Assembly: GCA_039808765.1 (NCBI GenBank)
Contig: JBDHTQ010000007.1
Span: 48,127-112,126 of the forward strand
Length of the DNA stretch: 64,000 nt
Direction of reading: 5' to 3'
From: Bdellovibrionales bacterium
GTDB lineage: Bacteria > Pseudomonadota > Alphaproteobacteria > UBA2400
Of this stretch, positions 30,857-40,721 are shown in pieces. The notes beneath the pieces are model-generated. The model had not been told where the DNA came from. It did not search any database and saw only the letters and a program-made list of their open reading frames with translations. Position numbers and translations under genes: made by a program. Every line of letters starts with the position of its first letter. Position 1 is the stretch's first letter.

Positions 30857-31894
30857 ATGGGTGATCTCGCTCTTCCAGCCGGCATGGAATTTATTGAGCT
30901 ACCGTTTGTTGGCAATCATCAGCTAGAATGTCGTGCTGTTAGCATTTACAAGAAACCGGTTGTTTGTCTCCAAATTGATGGTTTTCGTGTTGGTTTTTAT
31001 CTGAACCTCAATGATAAGGATGTCAATTGGCGCCCTATTATCGGTGGCATCGGCGCAGATTTGAGTTTTAATGAAGGCAACCATCTGGAGATTAAAAACT
31101 ATTATTATTCACAGCGCCTTCGGAAGGCTGCAGTTTTTTTGAATACTTGCGTTGGTGATCTGAGAGCAAATGAGAATTTGCCGATTTTCGATGATAATGA
31201 CCCCTCGTTTTTAAGGACGATAGTTTACAATGACAGAGTATGCGCCTTAACAGCAGCGGAAAGAAAATGTGTACACATACCTCTGGGTTTTTTTACACGA
31301 TTGGCTACACGGTTTGATATGGCCGCTGCCAACATGCGGCTTATGAATTTTGTAATGAGAATTCGTGGAGATGGTGGGGATTCAGATAAGGAACATGAAC
31401 ATCGTCTTATTCAAGAAGTCTTAGAAAATCGAGATCAAGTTTTATCAGATATGACTACCCTTGGTTTTGCTGTTACGTTTGAGAGTGATAAAATCACCGT
31501 ACCACCATTATCTGACCTGGAGAATCCACCAAACTTAGCTGAAATTGCTAATGAGCAACGCAACGTTGAGTTAGCGGCTAAAGCTGATGCTTGGAGTGTC
31601 ATCAAGAGATGCAGGACGAGATCCATAATGCTTAAGGGCGAGACTCGAGATTCCGCCATGGTATGCTTTACGGTTAATGAACGAGATCCGAAGAGAAACA
31701 GACTCCTTCACGCATTATGCCGGTTAGGTTTGAATCATGAAGTTGGTTATTCATGTTCTCGCGGTGAAAATTTACGTGATGCTATCATAATCCAGGGTAA
31801 AGCCGCATATGCTATTATCGACTATTACCGTTCGTTATCAGGGAATCCAGTTGTAAATCACCGGATGAGTGGGATTCGGGCAGTCCCCGGTTAG
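30857..31894 (+). CDS. Hypothetical protein, paralog 1 of a tandem three-gene family
   Basis: GGAG SD; shares PVVxxxIDGxxVxFY, WxPxxG, FNxG, YYxSxRL, GDLR, LGF, PPxL and ALxRLG blocks with 33655..35214. Confidence 0.75.
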   Translation: MGDLALPAGMEFIELPFVGNHQLECRAVSIYKKPVVCLQIDGFRVGFYLNLNDKDVNWRPIIGGIGADLSFNEGNHLEIKNYYYSQRLRKAAVFLNTCVGDLRANENLPIFDDNDPSFLRTIVYNDRVCALTAAERKCVHIPLGFFTRLATRFDMAAANMRLMNFVMRIRGDGGDSDKEHEHRLIQEVLENRDQVLSDMTTLGFAVTFESDKITVPPLSDLENPPNLAEIANEQRNVELAAKADAWSVIKRCRTRSIMLKGETRDSAMVCFTVNERDPKRNRLLHALCRLGLNHEVGYSCSRGENLRDAIIIQGKAAYAIIDYYRSLSGNPVVNHRMSGIRAVPG

Positions 31895-32058
31895 ATTTAT
31901 TTACCCAATAATATAACTTGTGATGAATGATGCCTTCGGCCAAAGAATAGATGGATGGACAAAAGCTACTCGTATTGAATCCCTCTTGCTTTATGCACAA
32001 AATTATTAGCAAAAAATTATTGCTATTGGCCTAGTGAATAGTCTACCATGAGCCAAAG

Positions 32059-32074
32059 TTAAGATGCTATTAAC
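32059..32074 (+). promoter_or_regulatory. CtrA-type binding box
   Basis: TTAA-GATGCTA-TTAAC matches the TTAA-N7-TTAAC consensus, 26 nt upstream of ATG 32101. Confidence 0.4.
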
Positions 32075-32100
32075 GTTTTCCCTAATTCCTTTAAGAGGTT

Positions 32101-33447
32101 ATGTACATGATTGCTTCAGATATTGAGGTTACACCAGACACAACTCCCCCGCGCTTGCCTGAAGGCGTGTCTTTGTGCTTTTTTCCATTAGTGAATGGGG
32201 AAACTTCGTCTGTGGTGCTTATTAATGGTAATCGCCCCGTAGTCGCAGTGAACTTTTGGGGAAATATTATTCCCTTTATAATTGAAAATGGTGATGTAAA
32301 CCCAAGCAGGAGCGGAAAATGGGTTCCATTTTTTGGTGTATCCCAAGATGGTGAGGCTGCACTCAATGAAGTTCCCCTTGACCTTGCTCTATGCCCAACC
32401 CTAGAAAAGGTTGCCGATTTTTTGGACGCAAAGCGAGATGAAGTAAATTCCTATATTCAAGCTAAGCGTAATTTTTTGAAATACCAAGCTCATGACCCAC
32501 GCTTATGTGCTGTAATCAATCAAGAATTCACACCACAAGATAATTACGAATATGCTGCCTTTTTATATGGTACTGGACTTCATTATATAACCCGAAAAAT
32601 TGAAATTGAGGGAGCTAGAAGAAGGCTTCAAGCGATTGCTCAAGACTTTAAGGAAGTCCAAATTAGTGGTCCTGAAACCCTCCATCAATTTACTTACGCA
32701 AGTAAAGAGCGATTGTCACTGATTCAAGACGGTGATGGTGGCATTTATAGCTGTGATAATATTTGTCGAGACCTTAAGACTTTGGGCTTTCAAACAGCTG
32801 TTCGTTATATCGATAGAGACCAGCCCCACCCAACAATATTAATCTATTTGGCAACGACCAGGGATAACGCCATTTTTTCAGCCTCTGGTTTTTCTTCCCC
32901 CCCAGCTCTTAATGACCTTAATGAGTTAAAAGATGATTATCTTGCGCAGGTTAGATCTGGTCGAACTGGAGTAATAGCAACCGATAGCTTTGGCCTTTTT
33001 GGATTTCTGCCGAGACGTGATCTTAGCGAAGGAGATCTGACTGCCACTAGTCCGGCAGAAAAATTTCTTGATTTACACGCTCTGCCTCATGCACGCATAC
33101 TCTATAACCGAAAATACCGTGGTCAATTCGTAACTATCGAGGTAGATGCCCACTCAACCAAAGGAAGTGGAATTGTTGCCGCTCTTACTGAATTAGGATA
33201 CACTCCAGTGATTGAGCCTCGAGGTGATTCGTGGTGTGTACCTCACGGGACTCCCGTGATAAATATTGTAAATAATCATAATTCTGTTCCAGTAGTCATG
33301 AATTTTAATCGCTTGAGAGACGACGGTTTTGTCTTCAGAAGGAAGGATTTCTCTCGAGATAATCCCACCAGCGTCGCCGGAGAAGGTCCTGTAAAGTTAA
33401 CTTTAGCTGGTGGAGCGTGCCGTTTTAATGCCGATGCCTTCCGTTGA
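32101..33447 (+). CDS. Hypothetical protein, paralog 2 of a tandem three-gene family
   Basis: Shares PLxNG, GKWxPxFG, LxxVxDxLD, VIN, KIEIxGAxRRLQ, FSxPPAL, PVINxV and RFNA blocks with 33655..35214. Confidence 0.75.
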   Translation: MYMIASDIEVTPDTTPPRLPEGVSLCFFPLVNGETSSVVLINGNRPVVAVNFWGNIIPFIIENGDVNPSRSGKWVPFFGVSQDGEAALNEVPLDLALCPTLEKVADFLDAKRDEVNSYIQAKRNFLKYQAHDPRLCAVINQEFTPQDNYEYAAFLYGTGLHYITRKIEIEGARRRLQAIAQDFKEVQISGPETLHQFTYASKERLSLIQDGDGGIYSCDNICRDLKTLGFQTAVRYIDRDQPHPTILIYLATTRDNAIFSASGFSSPPALNDLNELKDDYLAQVRSGRTGVIATDSFGLFGFLPRRDLSEGDLTATSPAEKFLDLHALPHARILYNRKYRGQFVTIEVDAHSTKGSGIVAALTELGYTPVIEPRGDSWCVPHGTPVINIVNNHNSVPVVMNFNRLRDDGFVFRRKDFSRDNPTSVAGEGPVKLTLAGGACRFNADAFR

Positions 33448-33654
33448 GCTTTTCTCAAGAGTAGTGGGCGTTTTTTCTGAGCAGTAAGATATGTGTGAAT
33501 TTCCGCGCGCGTTATTCATGAAGTAGTTTTATGCCCGTTAGATCTTGGTCCTGACAGTGGGGTATGGCTTGTTTTTATAAAAAAATTTAATAGTTTATAA
33601 TATATTAATAAAAAAATTATAAAATAACACTCAGAATTTTTAAAGAGATAGCAT

Positions 33655-35214
33655 ATGAGTGTAGACACCCCATTACCTGGTGTAAAAGTTCAGCCAATTC
33701 CATTGCAAAATGGAGCGGAAGCGCGTGTTATCGCTATTCAAAAAGGTGATCAACCTCCCAGAGCCGTCGTTGTGATGGAAATTGATGGGGTGAATGTTCC
33801 GTTTTACTGTTCAACTGGAGCCGGTGGTAAAGACGTTCCAGCTGGAAAATGGTATCCTATTTTTGGCATGGGGTCACAAGGCTGGTTTAATAAAGGGAAA
33901 GATCCTGATATTCTAAGGTATTATGATAGCCCACGTTTGAAAGAGGTCTCTGATTACCTTGACAGGCAGATAGGGGATATTCGTAATCAACGTGTTTTTG
34001 CTTCTATTCCGCACGTTTCAGAGCTGGATGACAAAACGTTGAGCGTGATCAATCGCGATATGAACCCTATCAGTTTAAAAGAGGTTGAGAATGCTGATCC
34101 TGATTATTTTATTAATCAGGCACAAAAAATTGAAATTGCCGGGGCACAAAGAAGACTGCAAAAATATCAATTTGATAGTGCAGAGAATGCTACAAATGGC
34201 AAATTTTTTACAATTAACGTAAATGCCACGTCTGAAGAAGGTAAACAACTGATCGCAGATCTTGAAAAATCGGGGTTTAAGCCAAAAATAGAGGCCAGAT
34301 CAGGTTATGGACAATACCCCGTTATCAATTTGGTTGGTGAGGATGCGAATGTTTATCGTGACCATAAATTCTCAGAGCCCCCTGCACTGGCCAGGATAAA
34401 TTCGCAGCAAGCATCACTCCTTACAAAATGTACACAACACGCTGAATCTATTCTTAAGCAAGTGGATAGGGCATTTGGCAAATGGGTAGATGGTTCTTAT
34501 CAGCTTGAGGTTTATCCCAATTCCCATATCGGTAAGGAAATATCTGCAGCACTCGATCGGCTTGGATACCATAATTCAGCACCGGTTGATGTAGACGGAG
34601 CAGCATCATCCTTCGTCATTTCTGGTGCTGAAGCAGAGCGACTGTTTAAAGATCAGGGTTTTAAGGCTCCGATACAACAAGTTCATGGCTCAGCTCCGCA
34701 TTCTTCTGGAGGAGAGAGGCCGAGAGAGGTTCATTCCGCCTCGGCACGGTTTAATGCTACAGCGGAAAAGCCCAAATCTATGCATGGCCCGGCTGGCGTT
34801 TTGCTTGGTGCTGTCATGGGTGGGGTAAGTGCAGCGATGGACCATGGAGATATTGCGGATGGTATTGCCGTAGGGGCAATTGGAAGCACTGCTGTAGGGG
34901 GTGTTGGTTTATCGTTAGCAGAGGGAAAAATACACGAAGCAACACTTAGCACGATTGAAAATACTTTACCCTATTTGGGTCCAACTGCCGCAGCAGCAGC
35001 ATTAGTTGGTGGAGAGCTTTATCGTTCTGTTTCTTATGTTCTTGATGATCACTCAGATCCTACAAAAAGTGTTGATTTAGGGGTATTAGGAAGCTTCGGG
35101 AGTTGGATGGGGATAAAAGTTTATGACCTGACACATCCCGAGGAAAATCCACAAGACACGCCACAAGCCCCCCGAAGACCAGATACAAGTCCGCCTATTG
35201 GTTCGGTAATGTAG
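33655..35214 (+). CDS. Hypothetical protein, paralog 3, with a C-terminal glycine-zipper/hydrophobic region
   Basis: 519-aa ORF; N-terminal PFYCSTGAGGK...GKWYPIFG...GWFNKG; C-terminal GxxxG-rich helices. Confidence 0.8.
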   Translation: MSVDTPLPGVKVQPIPLQNGAEARVIAIQKGDQPPRAVVVMEIDGVNVPFYCSTGAGGKDVPAGKWYPIFGMGSQGWFNKGKDPDILRYYDSPRLKEVSDYLDRQIGDIRNQRVFASIPHVSELDDKTLSVINRDMNPISLKEVENADPDYFINQAQKIEIAGAQRRLQKYQFDSAENATNGKFFTINVNATSEEGKQLIADLEKSGFKPKIEARSGYGQYPVINLVGEDANVYRDHKFSEPPALARINSQQASLLTKCTQHAESILKQVDRAFGKWVDGSYQLEVYPNSHIGKEISAALDRLGYHNSAPVDVDGAASSFVISGAEAERLFKDQGFKAPIQQVHGSAPHSSGGERPREVHSASARFNATAEKPKSMHGPAGVLLGAVMGGVSAAMDHGDIADGIAVGAIGSTAVGGVGLSLAEGKIHEATLSTIENTLPYLGPTAAAAALVGGELYRSVSYVLDDHSDPTKSVDLGVLGSFGSWMGIKVYDLTHPEENPQDTPQAPRRPDTSPPIGSVM

Positions 35215-35236
35215 TCTTAGTTGTCATGCTTTTTAG

Positions 35237-35968
35237 CTAACCAAGTTGGCCATTATGAAGCGTAGCAATACGATCCATTTTGTGTGCCAAGTCATAGTTG
35301 TGGGTTGCGACCAAAGCGGCAAGGCCTTCCGAACGTGTTAAAGAACGCAAGAGGGCAAAAACCGTTTCAGCCGTTTCAGGATCAAGGTTGCCCGTCGGTT
35401 CATCAGCAATCAAAAGTTTTGGGTGGTTAGCCAAGGCACGGGCAATAGCCACCCGTTGTTGCTCTCCCCCAGACAGTTTTGCTGGCCGGTGAGATACACG
35501 ATTTTCAAGTCCTACTTTGTTTAAAAGTTCGAGGGCGCGTTTTTTGGCATTTGCTTTTGACACCCCTGCGATGAGTTGCGGCATCATCACATTCTCAAGG
35601 GCAGTGAATTCAGGCAACAAATGGTGAAATTGATAAACGAAACCGATTGTATGGCGGCGCAAAATCGTTCGTTCTTGATCATTAAGAGATTCGGACGGTT
35701 TATCGCCGATGATTACTTGGCCGCTTGTCGGCTTTTCCAATAATCCCGCAGAGTGTAGCAACGTTGATTTTCCCGCACCCGATGGCCCGACCAGCGCCAC
35801 CATTTCACCTTTGTTTATGATCAAATTAATACCCCGCAAAACCTCAAGCGGCTTGCCACTAGCTTGGGGATAATTGCGCTTCAGGTCAATGAGGCAAAGA
35901 GATTTTTCACCCATTCCCAACAAGGCTGATTTCTCAGCTGCGGTCACAACATCATTATGGTTATTCAT
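35237..35968 (-). CDS. lolD: Lipoprotein-releasing ABC transporter ATPase
   Basis: [45 protein letters not shown]; overlaps lolC/E. Confidence 0.95.
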   Translation of the reverse strand: MNNHNDVVTAAEKSALLGMGEKSLCLIDLKRNYPQASGKPLEVLRGINLIINKGEMVALVGPSGAGKSTLLHSAGLLEKPTSGQVIIGDKPSESLNDQERTILRRHTIGFVYQFHHLLPEFTALENVMMPQLIAGVSKANAKKRALELLNKVGLENRVSHRPAKLSGGEQQRVAIARALANHPKLLIADEPTGNLDPETAETVFALLRSLTRSEGLAALVATHNYDLAHKMDRIATLHNGQLG

Positions 35969-37202
35969 GGCGCAAAGCCTCTACAGGATCAAGTTTAGCC
36001 GCTCGTCGGCTTGGATAAAGCGTGGCCGCAAAAGAGAGGAAAAGAGCCATCCCCACCACTTGCATGACCTCGGTATAATCAACGATAGCTGGCAGCTGGC
36101 TAAGGAAGTAGATTTCAGCATTAAAAAGATCAGTTCCTGTTAATCCTTGCAACCATTGGCGAATAGTCTCAATATTTTCTGCAAAAGCAACGCCTAAAAT
36201 CAACCCCAGAAATGTTCCAAAGACACCAATCGAAGCACCCGTTAAGAAAAAAATGCGTTGTATCATGCCTCTGGTAGCACCCATCGTGCGTAGTATGGCA
36301 ATATCCCTGCTTTTATCTTTAACGAGCATGATAAGGCTGGAGATAATATTGAAAGCAGCCACCATAATAATCAATGAAAGAATTAAAAACATGACATTGC
36401 GCTCAACTTGCAAGGCATTGGTAAAGCTGGCGTTCTGCTCTTTCCAGTCACGAACGATAACAGTTGGTTCTTGATCTTTAATCGCCTGTTTTATCTTGAT
36501 CAATTCATTGGCATCACGTGCGAAAACTTCGAGGGCCGAAACCGTGACGGGCATTTCAAAGAATAATTGAGCAGCAGGCAGGGGCATAAAGATATACCCA
36601 CTGTCATATTCATACATCCCAACATCATAAATGGCAGAGACAATATAGCTGGCAAACCGCGGGGTGGAACCAAAGACGGTATTGCGCCCTTGCGGGCTAA
36701 CCAGAGTGATCGTATCCCCGAGATAAACACCCAGATTTTCAGCTAGTCTCTTACCGATAGCAATGTGGTTATTGCTAAAATTCTTGAGCGAGCCGTTAAT
36801 GATGTGATCAGACAAAATGGGTTTGGTTTGAACATCCTTTTCTTCAATACCGCGGATAAGAACCCCTTGCGGTGTACCACGGCCAGTAATCAACGCCTGC
36901 CCCTGTATGGTGGGCGAAACGCGCATCACCCCATTAATTGTGCTGATGCGCTGAGCCATCTCATCGTAATTTGGCAAGGTTCCCTGAATAGAAAAAACAT
37001 TCATATGACCGTTTAAGCCAAGAACGCGTTGAAACAATTCAGCGCGAAAACCGTTCATGACCGACATGACGATGATGAGCGTCGCTACCCCAAGCGTAAT
37101 GCCGAGCAAAGAGAAAAGCGCAATGACTGAAATAAATCCCTCTTGCCGCCGCGCTCTCAAATAGCGCATTGCCACCATGCGTTCAAACGAAGAAAAAATC
37201 AT
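35961..37202 (-). CDS. lolC: Lipoprotein-releasing ABC transporter permease LolC/E
   Basis: [49 protein letters not shown]. Confidence 0.95.
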   Translation of the reverse strand: MIFSSFERMVAMRYLRARRQEGFISVIALFSLLGITLGVATLIIVMSVMNGFRAELFQRVLGLNGHMNVFSIQGTLPNYDEMAQRISTINGVMRVSPTIQGQALITGRGTPQGVLIRGIEEKDVQTKPILSDHIINGSLKNFSNNHIAIGKRLAENLGVYLGDTITLVSPQGRNTVFGSTPRFASYIVSAIYDVGMYEYDSGYIFMPLPAAQLFFEMPVTVSALEVFARDANELIKIKQAIKDQEPTVIVRDWKEQNASFTNALQVERNVMFLILSLIIMVAAFNIISSLIMLVKDKSRDIAILRTMGATRGMIQRIFFLTGASIGVFGTFLGLILGVAFAENIETIRQWLQGLTGTDLFNAEIYFLSQLPAIVDYTEVMQVVGMALFLSFAATLYPSRRAAKLDPVEALRHE

Positions 37203-37215
37203 TGACTAACGCTCC

Positions 37216-38538
37216 TTAAATCACTGGCTTCTTGTCAGCGAGAAAAGCGAGCACTTCCTCGACTGATAAAAGGTGTGTTTCGCTATTTGTGCGATTTTTA
37301 AGCTCTACTTTTTGCATCGCGCAATTACGTGGGCTAACAATCACTTGCCACGGCGAACCGATTAAATCGGCATCTGCGAATTTAACCCCTGCCCTTTCAT
37401 CGCGATCATCATAGAGGACGGAAATATTTTTTTCTTGGCACGCGAGGTAAAGTGAATTTGCCAAGGCATCTGTGTCTGTATCACCGTTTTTCAAATTGAT
37501 AAGGATAGCAAAAAACGGCGCAACCGACGCTGGCCAGATGATCCCTTTATCATCATGGCTTGCCTCAATAATGGCTGCCACAAGGCGCGAAACGCCAATA
37601 CCGTATGACCCCATCTCTAGAGGATGTTCTGTACCGTCGGGATGGGTCACTGAAGCTTTCATGGGCTGAGAATATTTTGTCCCAAAGTAAAAAATATGGC
37701 CGACCTCAATTCCACGGGCAGAAACAAGATCAAGATTTTTAACCATATCAGGATCATGCTTTTCTTCTGTTGCTGAATAACGCGCGGTCAGTTTTTTAAA
37801 GAAGGGTTCTAAATCCTCATTATAATGTGGAGCATCCTGCAATGCATCTTCTTCAACCCATGATTTGTCACAAAAAACCTGACTTTCACCTGTTTCAGCC
37901 AGAACGATAAATTCATGGCTCATCTCTCCACCGATGGGACCGCTATCGGCACGCATGGGAATAGCACGCACGCCTAATGCTGCAAATGTACGAAGATATG
38001 AAAGAAACATTTTATAATACGATCTCTTTGCATCGTCATATGTGAGATCAAAAGAGTATCCATCCTTCATCAGAAATTCGCGTCCTCGCATCAAGCCAAA
38101 TCGCGGCCGAATTTCGTCACGAAACTTCCATTGCATATGCCAGAAGTTTTTAGGAACTTCGCGGTAGCTATGAATATGCGTACGCACGATATCTGTAATC
38201 ATCTCTTCATTTGTCGGCCCATAAAGCATTTCGCGGTTTTGGCGATCAGTTATGCGCAACATCTCCTTGCCATAATCATCGTAGCGACCACTTTCGCGCC
38301 ACAAGTCAGCCGACTGTAGCGTTGGCATCAAAACCTCAATTGAGCCTGCGTTTTCTTGCTCTTTACGAATGATTGATTGAATATTTTGTAGAACGCGCAA
38401 TCCCAAGGGCAACCATGAGTATATACCTGCAGACATCTGTTGAATCATTCCCGCGCGCAACATCAGCTTATGAGAAACAATTTGCGCTTCCGCCGGATCA
38501 CTCATAAGAGTGGAAATAAAATATTCACTTCGTTTCAT
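37216..38538 (-). CDS. proS: Proline--tRNA ligase, bacterial (P-) type, short alphaproteobacterial form without the INS editing domain
   Basis: [64 protein letters not shown]; ATG 38538 overlaps the upstream TAA (TAATG). Confidence 0.96.
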   Translation of the reverse strand: MKRSEYFISTLMSDPAEAQIVSHKLMLRAGMIQQMSAGIYSWLPLGLRVLQNIQSIIRKEQENAGSIEVLMPTLQSADLWRESGRYDDYGKEMLRITDRQNREMLYGPTNEEMITDIVRTHIHSYREVPKNFWHMQWKFRDEIRPRFGLMRGREFLMKDGYSFDLTYDDAKRSYYKMFLSYLRTFAALGVRAIPMRADSGPIGGEMSHEFIVLAETGESQVFCDKSWVEEDALQDAPHYNEDLEPFFKKLTARYSATEEKHDPDMVKNLDLVSARGIEVGHIFYFGTKYSQPMKASVTHPDGTEHPLEMGSYGIGVSRLVAAIIEASHDDKGIIWPASVAPFFAILINLKNGDTDTDALANSLYLACQEKNISVLYDDRDERAGVKFADADLIGSPWQVIVSPRNCAMQKVELKNRTNSETHLLSVEEVLAFLADKKPVI

Positions 38539-40076
38539 TAATACGCTCTCCCAAAAATAACTTCGTACTGAGCGGGTCTTCCTGTGATAACGCATGGACC
38601 AAGTGCCCTTGATTGCTCAAAGGGAATGCAACGAATTGTTACTCCCATACTCTTGAGCAAATCCTCGACTGCTGCCTCATCACCACAGAAAGGAGCTTTG
38701 ACAAACCCTTGCCCGTTGTTAAAGCTTTTTTCTCCTGAAGTGCCGAAGTAGTTTTTAAACTCTTCAACCGTTTTGATGTTTGTGCAGGTTCTCTCTTTTT
38801 GAATAGCTAAAGCCTGTTGATATAATGTCTCGTGACAATGTTTCAGTTCTTGACTGATATCAATTTTATCCAAGGGCATAACGGCTTTTTTCTCGTCCAG
38901 ATTAACGCGACGTGTAAGCGCCATAGCATTATTTTCAACATCACGCGGCCCGATTTCAATCAGCAGTGGTACACCTTTTTTAATCCACTGCCAGCGTTTA
39001 TCTGCACTCGGATAGTCACGTGTATCAATTTTCGCGCGTACACTTTGACCAGCAAACGTTTGCGAAGTGATTGAGGCGAGAACAGTTTCGCAATAGGCCA
39101 TGACTTTTTCCTGATCTGATTCATCGCGCATAATTGGAATGATCACGACCTGTTGCGGAGCCACAGCTGGCGGTACACGCAACCCGTTATCATCAGCATG
39201 GGTCATGATCAATGCACCGATCAGGCGCGTTGAAACACCCCATGAGGTGGTATAAGCAAACTCAATATTCCCTTCCTTGTTTTGGAAAGAGATATTAGAT
39301 GCTTTAGCAAAATTTTGCCCGAGATAGTGCGACGTTCCCGCCTGCACCGCTTTACCATCCTGCATCATGGCTTCAATACAATAGGTGTTAACAGCGCCCG
39401 GAAAACGTTCAGACGGCGTTTTTTCTCCGGGGATAACAGGAAGAGCCAAAATATTCTCCACAAACTCCTGATACACATCCAGCATCTGTTTTGTTTCAGA
39501 ACGAGCTTCCGCTTCACTTGCATGAGCTGTATGGCCTTCTTGCCAGAGAAATTCAGCAGTACGTAAAAAAATACGTGGCCGCATTTCCCATCGCACAACA
39601 TTGGCCCACTGGTTGATCAAAATTGGCAAATCGCGGTAGCTCTTTGTCCAGCGCGCGAAAGCTTCACCGATAATTGTTTCGGATGTTGGGCGCACAATTA
39701 ACGGTTCATCCAATTCACCATCAGGCACAAGTTGGCCATCCTTATTGATCAAGCGATGATGGGTAACGACAGCCATTTCTTTGGCGAAGCCCTCCACGTG
39801 ATCCGCTTCCTTTTGCAAGAGCGACATTGGAATAAAGAGCGGAAAATAAGCATTTTCATGCCCTGTTTCTTTAAAACGCCGATCTAGGTCACGGCTCATG
39901 AGCTCCCACAAGCCATAGCCCCATGGTTTCATCACCATACAGCCGCGCACACCAGACATTTCAGCCATGTCGGCTCCTTTGATGACCTGCTGATACCATT
40001 CTGGATAATCATCGGCGCGAATAGGTGTAATCGCTGTTTTTTGTGATTTTACCTGTTGTTGCGTATTGGCAGACAT
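38538..40076 (-). CDS. proS: Proline--tRNA ligase, eukaryote/archaea (E-) type
   Basis: [86 protein letters not shown] and terminal FGRAY. Confidence 0.96.
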   Translation of the reverse strand: MSANTQQQVKSQKTAITPIRADDYPEWYQQVIKGADMAEMSGVRGCMVMKPWGYGLWELMSRDLDRRFKETGHENAYFPLFIPMSLLQKEADHVEGFAKEMAVVTHHRLINKDGQLVPDGELDEPLIVRPTSETIIGEAFARWTKSYRDLPILINQWANVVRWEMRPRIFLRTAEFLWQEGHTAHASEAEARSETKQMLDVYQEFVENILALPVIPGEKTPSERFPGAVNTYCIEAMMQDGKAVQAGTSHYLGQNFAKASNISFQNKEGNIEFAYTTSWGVSTRLIGALIMTHADDNGLRVPPAVAPQQVVIIPIMRDESDQEKVMAYCETVLASITSQTFAGQSVRAKIDTRDYPSADKRWQWIKKGVPLLIEIGPRDVENNAMALTRRVNLDEKKAVMPLDKIDISQELKHCHETLYQQALAIQKERTCTNIKTVEEFKNYFGTSGEKSFNNGQGFVKAPFCGDEAAVEDLLKSMGVTIRCIPFEQSRALGPCVITGRPAQYEVIFGRAY

Positions 40077-40311
40077 TTTTACCTCTTATGCTGATCTGCC
40101 AGCAAGGTAGCCATTTTTTGAATTTTCGTCGAGAAAAATCTTGAGGTTACAAGGGAGTCAGGCTCACCCGAGCGCATCTCCCGAAGATAGATGCGCTCGT
40201 TATATTTCTTTATTGCAAATATGTCGTCAAAGATGGTCTCTGCGATCCCGTCTTTTACAGATTTGCTCTAAGCCACGCCTTACCGATTTTGAGCTTCAAT
40301 CAGTTTGTGTT

Positions 40312-40662
40312 TTACTTCGACACAATTGGGCGTTCTATATTATTTGGTTGTTGTTCCGGGCATTCAATCAAAACAATTCGAAAGTTTTTTAGCTGCTTTT
40401 TAAAAACCCATTGAACAGGAAGAACAGCAATTGCAGCAAGAACTCCAAAGTATGCAATTACTGCAACAACTATCGTTGGACCTTCCCCAATAGAAAGTAG
40501 CCCACCGATAATACCCACGACGAGCGCAAGCAAACCACCAATACCTAAGCTTAGCAGCATGCCTCTCCACCACAAAGCCCACCAAATTCTGAGCGCTCTC
40601 TGCCATGTAACTGGGAGAACTACTGCTGGAATATTGTTTTCACCCATTTTCATCTCCATCAA
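40312..40662 (-). CDS. Hypothetical membrane protein
   Basis: 116 aa, VTWQRALRIWWALWWR followed by two TM helices; co-oriented with rnj and proS. Confidence 0.7.
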   Translation of the reverse strand: MMEMKMGENNIPAVVLPVTWQRALRIWWALWWRGMLLSLGIGGLLALVVGIIGGLLSIGEGPTIVVAVIAYFGVLAAIAVLPVQWVFKKQLKNFRIVLIECPEQQPNNIERPIVSK

Positions 40663-40721
40663 TAGATAACGACCGAATCAACATACCAGAAAAAATGATT
40701 CTCTCTAACGAAAACCTTTAA

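Noticed and set aside
38539-38595. Extended N-termini in the ORF track (proS 38595, prohibitin 53419, nuoF 55237, nuoB 58263, nuoA 58694, thyX 60743)
   Set aside because: Downstream ATGs with SD sequences or stop-start overlaps fit family N-termini better
40640-40721. Frameshifted continuation of the RNase J C-terminal domain
   Set aside because: Downstream frames give only a short SLSIDG-like peptide before a stop, and the space is occupied by the 116-aa membrane gene
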